From IMG/VR virus record IMGVR_UViG_3300049182_000071, positions 1-33,717 of that record: DNA of 33,717 nucleotides. One strand, given 5' to 3'. Positions 15,576 to 25,812 of the stretch are shown here, in pieces. Source of the stretch: a virus (taxonomy: Duplodnaviria; Caudoviricetes). The notes beneath the pieces are model-generated. The model worked only from the letters and a program-made list of their open reading frames with translations. It did no database searches and was not told the origin of the DNA. The position numbers and the translations under genes are program-made. Numbering within the stretch: the stretch's first letter is position 1; each line of letters opens with the position of its first letter.

Positions 15576-18110
15576 TCAGTCTCCCGTCACACGTTCGAAG
15601 TCAGGCGCCCGATCCGGCACGGCCTCGCCTGGTGCCCACCAGAAGCCCTGGCCCCAGTCCTTCGCCGCGCGCTGCTGCATGCGGCCGAGATAGCCCGGGT
15701 TCAGCGCCTCCTGAGCGTTGTGCAGGAACCAGTGTTCCCACAGCGCGCGGGTTTGCCACAGACCGACGTACGGCAACTGCGAGTTGCCCCACCGCAGGGC
15801 TTCGGCGCCGAAGTGCGTGTCCTTGCCCTTCGCGGCTTCCCAGGCATTGACCACGCCGAGGTCACCAACCAGCCCGCCGACAGCGCCGGCCGTGGGTCCG
15901 AGCACGGAACCGAGCGTTTGCTCGACGCTGCCGGAGCGCTGCTCTGTCGGGTCCTTGAACACCAGGTCGCCGACGTAACCGAGCCCACCGCCCTGGGTCA
16001 GCGCCCGGGCCCAGAACTTCCCCTCGGTCATGTCGTATGGGTCTTTGCCGGTGACCAGCGCCTTGTTCTGCAGCACGATCGCGCCGAGCATCATCAGCGT
16101 CACGTTCAGCGCGGCCAGCACCGCCGTTCGATTGAAAGCCGCACCTGCGCCCGTCTTTGCGCCGTAGCCCACCGGCGCACCCTGCATGCCCTGCGGCGTC
16201 TCCAGCACGCGGCGCCAGTGCCTAGTGAGCATGGCCAGCGGAAACGACTTGAACTGCATGAACGAGCGCATGGCCTCGCCGCGCAGGGTGCCGGTTGGCA
16301 TGCCGCCACCGGTGACGATCGCCCGAGTGGCCATGTCAGGATTCACGACGGCGAACTGCGCCTCGTCGCTGACGAAGCCCATCCATTTGGTAGCTGCGGC
16401 TTGCGCGCCCTCGGCGCCGGTGGCCAAGATCGAGTCGCGGGTGAGGTACTGCGCGCCGTTGCGATCGGTCGGCGTGGCCCTGCTGATGATGCCCCAATCC
16501 TGCTCGGTGATGCCCTTGCGCTCCATCAGGTAGCGGTCCCACTCGTCGAGCTGGGCCCAGGCCTTGCCGGCCTTGCGCGCGAAGCCCTGCATCATCGTGG
16601 CCGAGAACGCGCCGCGCAAACCGTCCGTCCAGGCGTTCATCAGCGACAACTTCATCACGCTGCCGGCCACGCGCCCGGTCAGGCTGTGCGTCATGTGGTC
16701 GCCGGTCCAACGGTTGAGCGACGATGCCAGCGATTCGCCGATGACGCCGTGCGCCTGCAGGAACTGACGCTGATCTTTGGACAGCTGCTTGCCCAGGTTG
16801 GCCAGCATGTCGAAGTAGGGCAGCTTGTTGTAGTGCAGGCTGGCCGCGATGGTGCCCAGGTCGGTGGTCGACGACAACACGGCCCCGCCCAGCTTGGCGC
16901 CGGTCTGCACGTTGCGCACGTTGGCACCGATCGCTGCGACGGCACGGTTCTCAGGCGTGCCGGTCTTGCCGCTGAGCAAGGACCAGTAGGCTTCCGGCGT
17001 GTTGCCGGCGCTGCGGTTCTTCAGCGTGCCGGCGCCGTCTGCCCGCTCCGCGATGTCGGCCTGCTTGCGAAACGTGGCTTCGGGGTTCGGACCGTAGCGC
17101 TCCACCAGCGCGATGTCGCGGGCCATGGCGCCGACGTGGCCGATCATGGCGTCATAGAGCGAGCCCTCGCCGAACTCCTTCATGTAGGCCATCCAGGCCT
17201 CGCCGTCCTTGAAGTGCAGCACCCGGTGCTCGCTGCCGCGGTTGGCGCGTGCGCCCGGGCCCCTGAACTGGCCGGGCTCTGTCTTACTGCTGCCGCCGGT
17301 AACGATGGTCTCGTGCGCCGCCTCCAGCATGGTGCGCAGCTCGGCGCTGCTCATCAGCGAGCCGTCGGCCTTCACGTACTGCTCGCGGTCGACCAGCGGC
17401 AGCACCTTCGCGGCCCAGGCTTTGGCGCCGGCTTCTGACACGCGCACGGCGTCATGCGCTTGGGAGAGGTAGCCGTAGCCCAGCTTACCGACGGCGCCGC
17501 CGGCTGCGTTGAACCGCACCCGCAGGCCTTCAATCGTCTGCAACCAGGCTTCGGCCGCCTTGCGCGCCCCCGCGTTGCCAGTGTGGCCGTCGCCATTGGC
17601 GAACACCTCGCGCACGACGTCCGCGGTCATGTGCGGGTTGTCCAGGTCAAAGATGCGCATGCCCAGGTTGCGAAAGACGCCGGTGCCGTCCTTGGCCTCG
17701 GCCGCGCTGATCAGGTCGCCCAGACTGGAGATCGCCTCGTTGCGCGTGCTGGCCGCATAGTCGTTCGTGTTCTCGATGTCACGCACCAGAGCTTGGGAGC
17801 GAGTTACGCCCTTGCCCAGCGCTGCCTGCGCGGTGATGCGCTCCGATGCCTCGGTGTCGCGCATCACCTGCAGGCTGGCCCTGTGCTCTTTGATGGCGGC
17901 CTCGGCCTTCAGGCTCTCCATCGCCCGGGTGGTTGCTTCGACCATGCGCTGATCTCGGCTCAGGCCCTGCCAGCGGGCGCGGTCTTCGCGCGCTAACTGC
18001 TTCATCGTGCCGGTGAGCGCGTCCTCGATCGCTTGCAATTTGGCCGCACTGACTTGTCGGCCGGCAGCCGCGGCGCGCACGGCTGTGGCACATTTCGGGT
18101 TCATCGCCAT
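15576..18110 (-). CDS. Large internal virion (ejection) protein
   Basis: 844 aa, Ala-rich and helical, FMQFKSFP motif, hydrophobic C-terminal segments. Confidence 0.8.
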   Translation of the reverse strand: MAMNPKCATAVRAAAAGRQVSAAKLQAIEDALTGTMKQLAREDRARWQGLSRDQRMVEATTRAMESLKAEAAIKEHRASLQVMRDTEASERITAQAALGKGVTRSQALVRDIENTNDYAASTRNEAISSLGDLISAAEAKDGTGVFRNLGMRIFDLDNPHMTADVVREVFANGDGHTGNAGARKAAEAWLQTIEGLRVRFNAAGGAVGKLGYGYLSQAHDAVRVSEAGAKAWAAKVLPLVDREQYVKADGSLMSSAELRTMLEAAHETIVTGGSSKTEPGQFRGPGARANRGSEHRVLHFKDGEAWMAYMKEFGEGSLYDAMIGHVGAMARDIALVERYGPNPEATFRKQADIAERADGAGTLKNRSAGNTPEAYWSLLSGKTGTPENRAVAAIGANVRNVQTGAKLGGAVLSSTTDLGTIAASLHYNKLPYFDMLANLGKQLSKDQRQFLQAHGVIGESLASSLNRWTGDHMTHSLTGRVAGSVMKLSLMNAWTDGLRGAFSATMMQGFARKAGKAWAQLDEWDRYLMERKGITEQDWGIISRATPTDRNGAQYLTRDSILATGAEGAQAAATKWMGFVSDEAQFAVVNPDMATRAIVTGGGMPTGTLRGEAMRSFMQFKSFPLAMLTRHWRRVLETPQGMQGAPVGYGAKTGAGAAFNRTAVLAALNVTLMMLGAIVLQNKALVTGKDPYDMTEGKFWARALTQGGGLGYVGDLVFKDPTEQRSGSVEQTLGSVLGPTAGAVGGLVGDLGVVNAWEAAKGKDTHFGAEALRWGNSQLPYVGLWQTRALWEHWFLHNAQEALNPGYLGRMQQRAAKDWGQGFWWAPGEAVPDRAPDFERVTGD

Positions 18111-18303
18111 GCTCTACTTCCTCAAGTTCTGCGGCTACGCAGCGGTCATGCTTGCCATCATCCCAATCGCCGGGTTCTGCGTCAGTGGCAGCTTGCGCGG
18201 CGCCTGGCGGTACTCCAAGGCCTGGGGCCAGGTGATGCTGATCATCTTTGCCGTGGCCGGGGTCTTCTGGCTGATCCTGCAGCCGTTCATGCCGCACCCA
18301 TAG
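18109..18303 (+). CDS. 64-aa two-helix membrane protein antisense to the late operon (possible superinfection exclusion)
   Basis: MLYFLKFCGYAAVMLAIIPIAGFCV...VMLIIFAVAGVFWLILQPF; fills the only gap between ejection genes. Confidence 0.7.
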   Translation: MLYFLKFCGYAAVMLAIIPIAGFCVSGSLRGAWRYSKAWGQVMLIIFAVAGVFWLILQPFMPHP

Positions 18304-19435
18304 ACAGCGCGCACTCGGCGGCCACCTTCAACAGGTCGGCGTCCAGCGTGCCCAGCTCGTTGTCGCTGCCCTCGGCGATCTGCTTGCGAACCTGCTCCAT
18401 CTCGGCGGCCACGGCCGGCTGCGCCTCTTCGATCGCCGCGACGCGCTGGCGGACGGCGGCGAGGTCAGGCTCTTCGGCTGTTGGCGCTGCCGCCTGCTCG
18501 CCGCCCTTGGCTGGCGCCAGCTCCGGCTTGAGCGCGGGCTCGGTGACTGTGGCCGGCTCAGGGACGGGCTCAGTGAACAGACGGTGCTCGGCCGCATCCT
18601 GAGCGATCGACAGGTTGTGCGTCATCGCCGCGTCGACGGCGGCCGGCGCCATGCGGCTGGCCTTGAATGCACCATGCGCAGCGAACGGCAGCGGAATCAG
18701 CGACGAAACGGCCAGGCCCATCGGGTCGAGCGGGTCGTACTGGGCGGCGATCTGGTCGTAGTCAGCGTGCTCCAGGATGGCGCGAGTTGCGGCCTGTTGG
18801 GCGATGAAGCCCCCAGGGCCGCCGGCCAGGTACAGGGCAGCCGTTGATTTGAGCGTGGGGCCAGCCATTGGCAGGAACGCTGACGCCGCGGTGGCGGTGG
18901 CGGCCAGCGTGCCAACGGCGGTGCGGGTTGCGGTGTCGACGCCCTGCCGCCGAAGATCCTCGGCTTGGGTGAAACCCTCTTCCGCCGACGCGAAGCCGAC
19001 GCCGATGGGGCCGGCCGTCACCGCGGCGCCTGCAATCTTGGCCAGCGGGCGCACGACGCCAAACACCAGCTTCTCGGCCGTGCTGGCCGTCGCCGGGTCT
19101 GGCCGCAGCGATTCGGACACGTTGCGGAACGAGGCACCGGCGTCTGACACGGTGGCCTCGTCTGCGGCGAACTGCCGGCGGCCCTCGGCCGCTCCGGACT
19201 CGATAGCCTGGTCACCGAGCGCCGCGCGCGCCACCGGGTCGGCCTCTGCAGCGATTGCGCCGGCCGCGCCGTAGCCTTTCACGACATCAGCGACCGAGCC
19301 GAGCACGTCAGCGGTGCCAGCCTTCAGCGCCCGCCACGGCGCGCCCCAGGCACTGCGGTCGCTGACCGGCTTCACGGGCGCCGGCGGCAACTGCGCCAGC
19401 GCCTTCACCTGCGCCAGGTTGTCGAACTCCATCAC
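18287..19435 (-). CDS. Internal virion (ejection) protein
   Basis: Ala/Gly-rich with amphipathic segments; position in the operon. Confidence 0.75.
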   Translation of the reverse strand: MMEFDNLAQVKALAQLPPAPVKPVSDRSAWGAPWRALKAGTADVLGSVADVVKGYGAAGAIAAEADPVARAALGDQAIESGAAEGRRQFAADEATVSDAGASFRNVSESLRPDPATASTAEKLVFGVVRPLAKIAGAAVTAGPIGVGFASAEEGFTQAEDLRRQGVDTATRTAVGTLAATATAASAFLPMAGPTLKSTAALYLAGGPGGFIAQQAATRAILEHADYDQIAAQYDPLDPMGLAVSSLIPLPFAAHGAFKASRMAPAAVDAAMTHNLSIAQDAAEHRLFTEPVPEPATVTEPALKPELAPAKGGEQAAAPTAEEPDLAAVRQRVAAIEEAQPAVAAEMEQVRKQIAEGSDNELGTLDADLLKVAAECALSMGAA

Positions 19436-21474
19436 CGCACCTTGATGGTGATCGGGTCGCCGTGGGCGTTGAGCACCGGCCGGCCCTGCACCAGCACGGC
19501 GTACTCACCCGGCCGCACTGGCATCAGCTGCTGGGCCGGCAGCACCTTCAGGAAGTCGGCCACGGGCATGGCCACGCCACCGGCGCGCACCGCACCGCCC
19601 GGCGCCTGCAGCTCATCGGGCTTGATCGAGCGCAGGCGAGTGGTGAGCGCATCCTCGTCCACGCCAGCCGGCAGCGGCAGCTTGCGCCCGTTGTGCTCGA
19701 CCACCGATCCGCCCACCGCCAGTGTGACGGCGCGCTCCATGTCGCGAGCGGTGAGCCGGCCGCCCTGCTCTGCCGCAATTCCGTGGGCGATGAGCAGCGC
19801 CGCATCGCGCACGTCGGTTGAGGTCTTCTGGTTGCCGAACGCATCGCTCACCTCGGTGGTGATGAACGATTTCCAGCGGTTCTCGAGCATCTCCGGCGCG
19901 CTGTCGCCCTTCGTACTGGTGCCGTCCTTCTTGGCCTGCTGCCCCTTCAACACCAGCTCGGAAGCCAGCCGGCCATTCGTCGTCATGGCGCCCGCGAGCG
20001 CGAAGGACAGCGCCAGGCCGCGGTCATGCTTGTCGATCTGGGTGGCGAGGCCTTGTGCCGCCTGCGAGCCGACTGCGCCGGCCAGCATGCTGACCATTTG
20101 CGAGCGCTCCCTGGCCGGCAGCGTCTCCAGGTTCTGCTTCACGAACTCGGCCTCTTGATCAGTCAGCGGCGACACCGGCTTGCCGGTCACCTGGCTGACG
20201 ATGGCCGACTGGTGCACGCGCTCGCCCAGCTGCTGAACCACGCCCGGAATGCCGTTGGTGAGGCTGAGCCCCTTCAGCTGGATCACCCCGCGCTCGTTGG
20301 CGGCACGCATCGGGTCAGCGGTGTAGTCGGCCTCGCTCTGCTTGACGACATTCTCGACTTGGGTGCGGCGCTTCTCCAACTCCGGGCTGATGCCGTTCTT
20401 CGCGATCTGGGTGTTCAGCGCGTCCAGCTCCGCGCGCTGGCGGGTCAGTGGCATCGTGGCCAGCGCGCCCACCTCGCGCGTCTGCTGCAGCAGGCCTCGC
20501 AGCCCAGCGTTGTACGGCGTGCCAGCGGTGGCAGCGTTCGCGCGCTCGAAGTACTCGGGGGAGAACACGCCTTTGTCGGCCAACGCGAGTGCAGTGTCGA
20601 ACTCGGCCTTGGCTGTGCGCATGTGATGCTCGGCCAGGCGCTCGGCGCGCGCTGCCGCGACCTCGGCTTTTTGCGCCAGGTGTACCCGGTACCCGTCGAT
20701 CTGGTTGACCAGCACCGCCCGGCGCTGCGGATCCAGGTCAGCGAACTGCGGCCGATCAAGTGCTTTCTCGGCTGCATCCAGCAGCTGCGGGCTGCTCTTG
20801 GCGGCGTTGACCACCCCGAAGGCCGCGGTGTACTGGGTGTTCTCCTTCCACGCCTGCTTCTTCGCTGCCCAGTACGCCTTCGGCTTGTCGCTGAAGGCGG
20901 CAAGCTGGTCAACCGTCTCCATGGCCATCGCAGTCGACTTCTCCGGGTCGCCGTTGTACTGGCGGCTGTAGTGCTCCAGCGTCTGGTCAAGAGCGACGGT
21001 CACGTCTTGCCGGCCGCGCAACTCCACGGCGCGGCGCAGTCGGTTGCCCAGGCGGGCCGAGCGCTGGTCGACGTCCGTCTGCGCGATCGTGCGCAACGTC
21101 TGGTCTTTGATCGACGACAGGCCGCCGTCGGCTTCGACGATCTCTTTCGACCGGTCGCCCCAGACCTTCTCGGCCTCTTCCTTCGGCACCACGCCGTTGA
21201 GCACGTCCTGAGCCAGCGCGTCGTGCGCATCGTCCAACTGGTCGCGCATGCCGCCGACCGTGGCCTGGGCCTGCGCGCGCTCAGCGGCCTTGCGGATCTG
21301 CTCTTGCTCGTGCTCGGCCTGCGCCTGGTGCTGGTGTACCCGGTCGGCCACGTTGACGGCCGTTGCGCCGAGCTGCTCGACGGCCTGGCCAATCGCTTGG
21401 TTGCTGTCGACGTGCACCAGCGCGCCAGGGCGGGCGACGACCTGGCCAGTGGGTGCGAGCGGAATGCGAGCCAT
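19432..21474 (-). CDS. Internal virion (ejection) protein, coiled-coil rich
   Basis: MARIP start coupled by TGATG; A/Q-rich helical composition. Confidence 0.8.
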   Translation of the reverse strand: MARIPLAPTGQVVARPGALVHVDSNQAIGQAVEQLGATAVNVADRVHQHQAQAEHEQEQIRKAAERAQAQATVGGMRDQLDDAHDALAQDVLNGVVPKEEAEKVWGDRSKEIVEADGGLSSIKDQTLRTIAQTDVDQRSARLGNRLRRAVELRGRQDVTVALDQTLEHYSRQYNGDPEKSTAMAMETVDQLAAFSDKPKAYWAAKKQAWKENTQYTAAFGVVNAAKSSPQLLDAAEKALDRPQFADLDPQRRAVLVNQIDGYRVHLAQKAEVAAARAERLAEHHMRTAKAEFDTALALADKGVFSPEYFERANAATAGTPYNAGLRGLLQQTREVGALATMPLTRQRAELDALNTQIAKNGISPELEKRRTQVENVVKQSEADYTADPMRAANERGVIQLKGLSLTNGIPGVVQQLGERVHQSAIVSQVTGKPVSPLTDQEAEFVKQNLETLPARERSQMVSMLAGAVGSQAAQGLATQIDKHDRGLALSFALAGAMTTNGRLASELVLKGQQAKKDGTSTKGDSAPEMLENRWKSFITTEVSDAFGNQKTSTDVRDAALLIAHGIAAEQGGRLTARDMERAVTLAVGGSVVEHNGRKLPLPAGVDEDALTTRLRSIKPDELQAPGGAVRAGGVAMPVADFLKVLPAQQLMPVRPGEYAVLVQGRPVLNAHGDPITIKVR

Positions 21475-21989
21475 CAGCGACCACCGCGCAACGTGTTCGG
21501 CAGATCGCTGCCGCGGTAGTTGTACGAGCTGCCGGTAGGCTGCCCGCCCCATGTGTTGTAGCGGCCGGCCGCTTGCAAGAAGGTGCCGCCCATCTGATAC
21601 CCCGCCGCGGTCTGCGCCTGCTGGCCACCGGCGCGAACGACCCGGGCCTGGTTCCGGAGCGACCGCGCCTGCCGGTCAGCGTTGAGCAAGGTCATCATCG
21701 CGTCCTCTTCGCCAAGCCTCAACGTCTGGCGTTCCACCTCCAGCGCGCTGCCCTCGCCGATCTGCACGCCACTGGCAGCCATGCCAGCCACTGCAGCGCC
21801 GCGCCCGGCTTCGGCCCCCTTGCGGATCTTGGCGGCCTCCTGGGTGCCTGAATCGAGAACCTGCGCCGCTTGCTCATCCAGCAGCTGCCCCTGCGCCTTC
21901 CCGGCGTTGTTGGCAGCCTGCCCTTGCTGGTACTGTCCGCCCGCCTGCACGGCCGAGCCGATCATCATGAAGATTCCGGGGTTGCACAT
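21474..21989 (-). CDS. Small internal virion protein (T7 gp14-like)
   Basis: MCNP start, A/Q/G-rich, AASGV...GS motif. Confidence 0.8.
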   Translation of the reverse strand: MCNPGIFMMIGSAVQAGGQYQQGQAANNAGKAQGQLLDEQAAQVLDSGTQEAAKIRKGAEAGRGAAVAGMAASGVQIGEGSALEVERQTLRLGEEDAMMTLLNADRQARSLRNQARVVRAGGQQAQTAAGYQMGGTFLQAAGRYNTWGGQPTGSSYNYRGSDLPNTLRGGR

Positions 21990-22435
21990 CAGGCGCTCCA
22001 GGTGAAAAGACGGAACTCGCCGCCCGGGCCGACGGACTCGGCGCTGATCTTGAAACCCAGCCGTGGCAGCCAGCGCATCGCGTAGTCGTGCCGGGCGTGC
22101 ACCCAGTTCGTCAGCACGCGGCACCGGGCCTGCATGGCCTGCACGACCTGGTGCGACAGCTCCATGGCACGCCGTGGTCGCGTGCGAAAGCCTGGCGTGG
22201 CCACCATCCACGGCACACCCAGGCCGGCGTCGTTCTGCAGGCAGCCGAAGATGGCCACCGGCTCGCCGTCCAACTCCACCTGCCCAGACAGCGAAGACTT
22301 CAGCCAGCCATCGGTGAAAACGGCTTCGATGCTCTCGGCCAGGCCGGACGCGTCGAACTCGGCGCGGTCCTCGCTGGTGAGGTTCGCCAGCACGCGGGTT
22401 AGGCCCGCCTCGGTCAGTGGGGAGATGTCCATCAT
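21989..22435 (-). CDS. GNAT-like protein (T7 gp13-like)
   Basis: DRAE, PVAIFG, GVPWMVAT, LTNWV, RWL..LGF. Confidence 0.8.
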   Translation of the reverse strand: MMDISPLTEAGLTRVLANLTSEDRAEFDASGLAESIEAVFTDGWLKSSLSGQVELDGEPVAIFGCLQNDAGLGVPWMVATPGFRTRPRRAMELSHQVVQAMQARCRVLTNWVHARHDYAMRWLPRLGFKISAESVGPGGEFRLFTWSA

Positions 22436-22440
22436 GCTGG

Positions 22441-24657
22441 TCAGCCTGCGTTGGCGGTAAAGGTGCGCGCGATGCTCAGCAGCTTCATGGGGAACGGCAG
22501 CCGGCGCTCGAGCGTGATGTCGGAGACGCCGTCGTACCAGCCCTCTGCCGCCACGTCGAAGAAGCCGGTGAACAGTTTCTGCGGCTGGTCCAGCAGCTCG
22601 TCGCCGAAGTTCGCGAACGGGATCAGCTCGCCGTTGCACCACATCGGGCCCGAGCGCAGCACCTGCAACCAGACGTGCGAGGTCGACATCGTCTGACCAA
22701 CCGACGGCCCGGAGCCGGTGTCTGCAACGGGCGTGACCGGCACGACGGTGGCGGTGAACGGCAACCCCATCTGCACGCTGTAGGCGGTGCGTCCGAGTGT
22801 GATCTGCCCGCTGCCATTTGTGGTGTACAGGCCGACGTACAGACCGTCGGCCAGCACGGCGACCTCGGTGCCAGGTAGCCCTGGATGCGTCCACGTCAGC
22901 GAGCCGGCGCCGTTGTACAGCGTGATCCCGCAATCCACCTGCATCAGGTTGCGCGCCGATAGATGCGTGTCCTCGGTGGCGAAATCCATGCGCTCGATGT
23001 AGCGGACGACCGCGGCGTTCACTGTGCGCTTGACGACCAGGTAGACCACGTCAGCGCCAGCGCCAGGTACACAGCACACCGATTCGACGACACCGCCGAC
23101 ATCGTGGCGCGACCAGCCCGACACAACCTGCGTGCGATCGAGCGCACACGAAAGCAGCGCGCCGTCCGAGCGCACCGCCCACAGCAACGAGTAGGGCTCC
23201 TTCTGGAAGGCGGCTTCGATGATTTCGAGCTGCGTTCCGTCTTCTTCCTGCTGCGTCAGGTGTTCGGCCAGCGCCAGCAAGTCCGGTGCGTCATAGCCGT
23301 CGGAGTTGTAGTTGAACGTCATGCCGCGCAGCTTCTTGCCGCTGGCCTGGACGAACACGGTTTCCTTGCGCACCGACACCGGTCGCGCGGCCGACGCGCC
23401 GTGGTCGGTCTGCGGAACGATCGAGACGTTCGTCGGCGTGATCGGCTTCTCGACGCCGCCGCGCAACGCGTACTCGGCGCCGTAGGTCATGGCCAGCAGG
23501 TCGCGGCCGGCCGAAATCCAGGCGATCTGGTTGTTTTCGTCGCTGCCGATGGTGAAGGCAAAACCCTCGTCGTCGTTCGTGCCCAGCGTGAAATCGAGCG
23601 GCTCGGCGATGCGGCTGCCCCACACGGTCTGCGGGTAGGCGGTCGAGCCGGCGCACACCAGGCGCTGTTGGAACATCGTGATCGTGCGCGGGTAGCCGTT
23701 GGCGGCCGACCACTGGGTGGTTTCGACGGACCAGGCCAGCGCGGGCGCGGCGGTGGCGCTCGTCAGCTCGGTGAGGATGCGGGCGCTGACGACCGTGGTG
23801 CTGGTGAACTGTGTGATCAGCAACAGGCCGCCATTGATGCGCACGAAGCCATTGACCTCGTTGCTGCGCCAGCCTGCGGCGCCGAGCGTCAGCGTCGTGA
23901 CCGTGCCGACCGGGCCGGCGACAGCAGGCGTGCAGGTTGTCTGCGGCGAAGCGTCGAGTACCCAGGTGCTGGCCAGGATGTTGACTGAGTCGAAGGCGAT
24001 GGTGATCTCGGCCGTGACGACCGTGGTGCTGGTGTAGCCGGTGATCACCGCGATGCCAGGCCCGCACAGGATCGCTCGGCCAACGTCCGCGGCCAGGAAG
24101 ACGGCTGAGCCAGCGGTGACCGTGCGGCCGGCGCCGACCGACAAGGTCGACAGCGTCAGCGCGACGGCCGGCCGCTGGCCAACCTCGGCGAACGGCTGAG
24201 CAGTGAACGGCGCCGGCGCAAGGTTCCAATTCGCATCGGCGAATCGGCGCAGGCGCTGGATGGGCACAGCCTCGTGCGCCAGGTACATCAGGTCCGCGTC
24301 CTGCACGTAGTCGACGGCGCCGATCTGCGCCTCGGTGTAGGGCGAGACCGTCTCGTACGGGCCACCGACCGCCACGCCGTCCTTGAAGTAGCGCAGGTAC
24401 AGGTCACCCATCTCGATGACGTAGCGGGTCAGCTTCGTCTTGACGAACGGAACCACGCGCGAGCGCTTGGCGCTGTTCTTCGTGACCGCGGTGAACGTGG
24501 TGCCGACGCGGCTGTAGACACCGCCTTGGACGACGACGAAGCAGTTCGTCAGCTGCTTGGCGCCGTTGTTGTACTGCTGAACGTCGACACGGCCGAGCAC
24601 CTCCGGCGCCAACTCACCAGTCGTGAAATTCGTCTGGACGGTCGTCGTGCGGCCCAT
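22441..24657 (-). CDS. Tail tubular protein B (nozzle)
   Basis: QTNFTTGELAP start, GYP..FQQRL, WSRH; 738 aa, beta-rich. Confidence 0.9.
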   Translation of the reverse strand: MGRTTTVQTNFTTGELAPEVLGRVDVQQYNNGAKQLTNCFVVVQGGVYSRVGTTFTAVTKNSAKRSRVVPFVKTKLTRYVIEMGDLYLRYFKDGVAVGGPYETVSPYTEAQIGAVDYVQDADLMYLAHEAVPIQRLRRFADANWNLAPAPFTAQPFAEVGQRPAVALTLSTLSVGAGRTVTAGSAVFLAADVGRAILCGPGIAVITGYTSTTVVTAEITIAFDSVNILASTWVLDASPQTTCTPAVAGPVGTVTTLTLGAAGWRSNEVNGFVRINGGLLLITQFTSTTVVSARILTELTSATAAPALAWSVETTQWSAANGYPRTITMFQQRLVCAGSTAYPQTVWGSRIAEPLDFTLGTNDDEGFAFTIGSDENNQIAWISAGRDLLAMTYGAEYALRGGVEKPITPTNVSIVPQTDHGASAARPVSVRKETVFVQASGKKLRGMTFNYNSDGYDAPDLLALAEHLTQQEEDGTQLEIIEAAFQKEPYSLLWAVRSDGALLSCALDRTQVVSGWSRHDVGGVVESVCCVPGAGADVVYLVVKRTVNAAVVRYIERMDFATEDTHLSARNLMQVDCGITLYNGAGSLTWTHPGLPGTEVAVLADGLYVGLYTTNGSGQITLGRTAYSVQMGLPFTATVVPVTPVADTGSGPSVGQTMSTSHVWLQVLRSGPMWCNGELIPFANFGDELLDQPQKLFTGFFDVAAEGWYDGVSDITLERRLPFPMKLLSIARTFTANAG

Positions 24658-24659
24658 GC

Positions 24660-25247
24660 TCAGCTCAGCGACAGCGTGCGGAACCGCGCGCCCATGAGGT
24701 CGAAGGCGCCGATGTCCTCGGGCCCGTCGTCTTGACTGGAGATGGCGCCGGCCTGTACGAGCGAGGCCTTCAGCTCGGCAAGCGCGGTCGCTTCGACCTG
24801 GGCCGATTTCGTGACCGCGTAGGCCATGGCCGCCTTCATGGCCAGCTCAAGCGTGAGCACCAGGCCGCTGTCGTATGTCGCAGCGTTGGTGTTGCGAAAG
24901 ATGTACAGGACCGGCAGCGCAGACTCGTCCGCCAGGAACTTGCCGCCCTCGTCCTTGAACAAGGTCTCGTACCCTTCCTTGCCGACGCGCACGGTGCGCA
25001 GCCAGTCGCCCGGTTTTTGAAACTGGTTCTGCCACTCGCCCAGCGGATCAGCTTCGGCCAGCGGTGGCAGCAGCACTCTCGCCTTGCAGCAGTTCCACAG
25101 CTTGGCGCGCAAGATCATGTCGCGCACCGTCGGCCACATGTCATTGCAGCGCGAGGCGTTGACGGTCGTTTCCGTGAGCGACGAAATCGGGCTCTGCCCG
25201 AGGCGCCGCAGGGCGTTGGAACAGATCGAGACTTCGGACACCGCCAT
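24660..25247 (-). CDS. Tail tubular protein A (adaptor)
   Basis: ICSNAL..LG..PI.SL, WNC, P.DWLR. Confidence 0.88.
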   Translation of the reverse strand: MAVSEVSICSNALRRLGQSPISSLTETTVNASRCNDMWPTVRDMILRAKLWNCCKARVLLPPLAEADPLGEWQNQFQKPGDWLRTVRVGKEGYETLFKDEGGKFLADESALPVLYIFRNTNAATYDSGLVLTLELAMKAAMAYAVTKSAQVEATALAELKASLVQAGAISSQDDGPEDIGAFDLMGARFRTLSLS

Positions 25248-25260
25248 TGCTGCACCTGCA

Positions 25261-25296
25261 AGAAAAAGCGGCCCGGCCGATGCCGGCGCGGGCCGC
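25261..25296 (-). terminator. Intrinsic terminator after the capsid and decoration genes
   Basis: GCGGCCCG...CGGGCCGC stem followed by TTTTTCTT on the - strand. Confidence 0.85.
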
Positions 25297-25332
25297 GAAG
25301 AGGGTTACCCCTCGGAGGCGACTGCCAGAAAA

Positions 25333-25785
25333 TCAGCCGGGGACGATGCAATAGATCTCGGCGCAGATCTGCTTGTTTGCGGTAGGCGTGGCGCCGGCCA
25401 GGGTCATGTACAACTCGGTCGCAGTCGTGGTGACCGTGTCGGAGCCCTTGGTGACGTAGACACCGTTGCTTGCCGCCTTGCGGCCGGTGGTGGCCACGTC
25501 GATGTCTTCGGCCAGGCCATCCTGATCGATCGCCACCTTCGTCACCCAGTCCCGGAGACCGATGTCGGCCACCACACTGGCGCCCATGGCGTCGCAATTG
25601 ATGACGGTCGCGGTCAGGAACTTGGTGCCGGTCGGCAGCCGGACGCCCGACGCGATGATGTCGCCGTCCGCCCAGGTCACGGTGTCGGGCGAGGTGATGT
25701 AGACCACCCGCACCTTACCGAAGTCCGAGGGACGCATCTTGCCCGCATTGGCACGGGCGACCTGCTTGCTTACGATTTCAGCCAT
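25333..25785 (-). CDS. Putative capsid decoration / cement protein
   Basis: AGGAG RBS; 150 aa, beta-rich; between the capsid gene and the terminator. Confidence 0.7.
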   Translation of the reverse strand: MAEIVSKQVARANAGKMRPSDFGKVRVVYITSPDTVTWADGDIIASGVRLPTGTKFLTATVINCDAMGASVVADIGLRDWVTKVAIDQDGLAEDIDVATTGRKAASNGVYVTKGSDTVTTTATELYMTLAGATPTANKQICAEIYCIVPG

Positions 25786-25812
25786 GGTGATTTGCTCCTG
25801 AAGGCTGGGGGG

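Noticed and set aside
15108-17438. 776-aa + strand ORF (and similar ORFs at 20026-21519, 25084-26793, 28938-30491, 32010-33347)
   Set aside because: Antisense shadows of GC3-biased real genes; no motifs or RBS.
15576-21474. Lytic transglycosylase domain in the ejection proteins
   Set aside because: No ES...A.S..GA.GLMQ-type motif seen.
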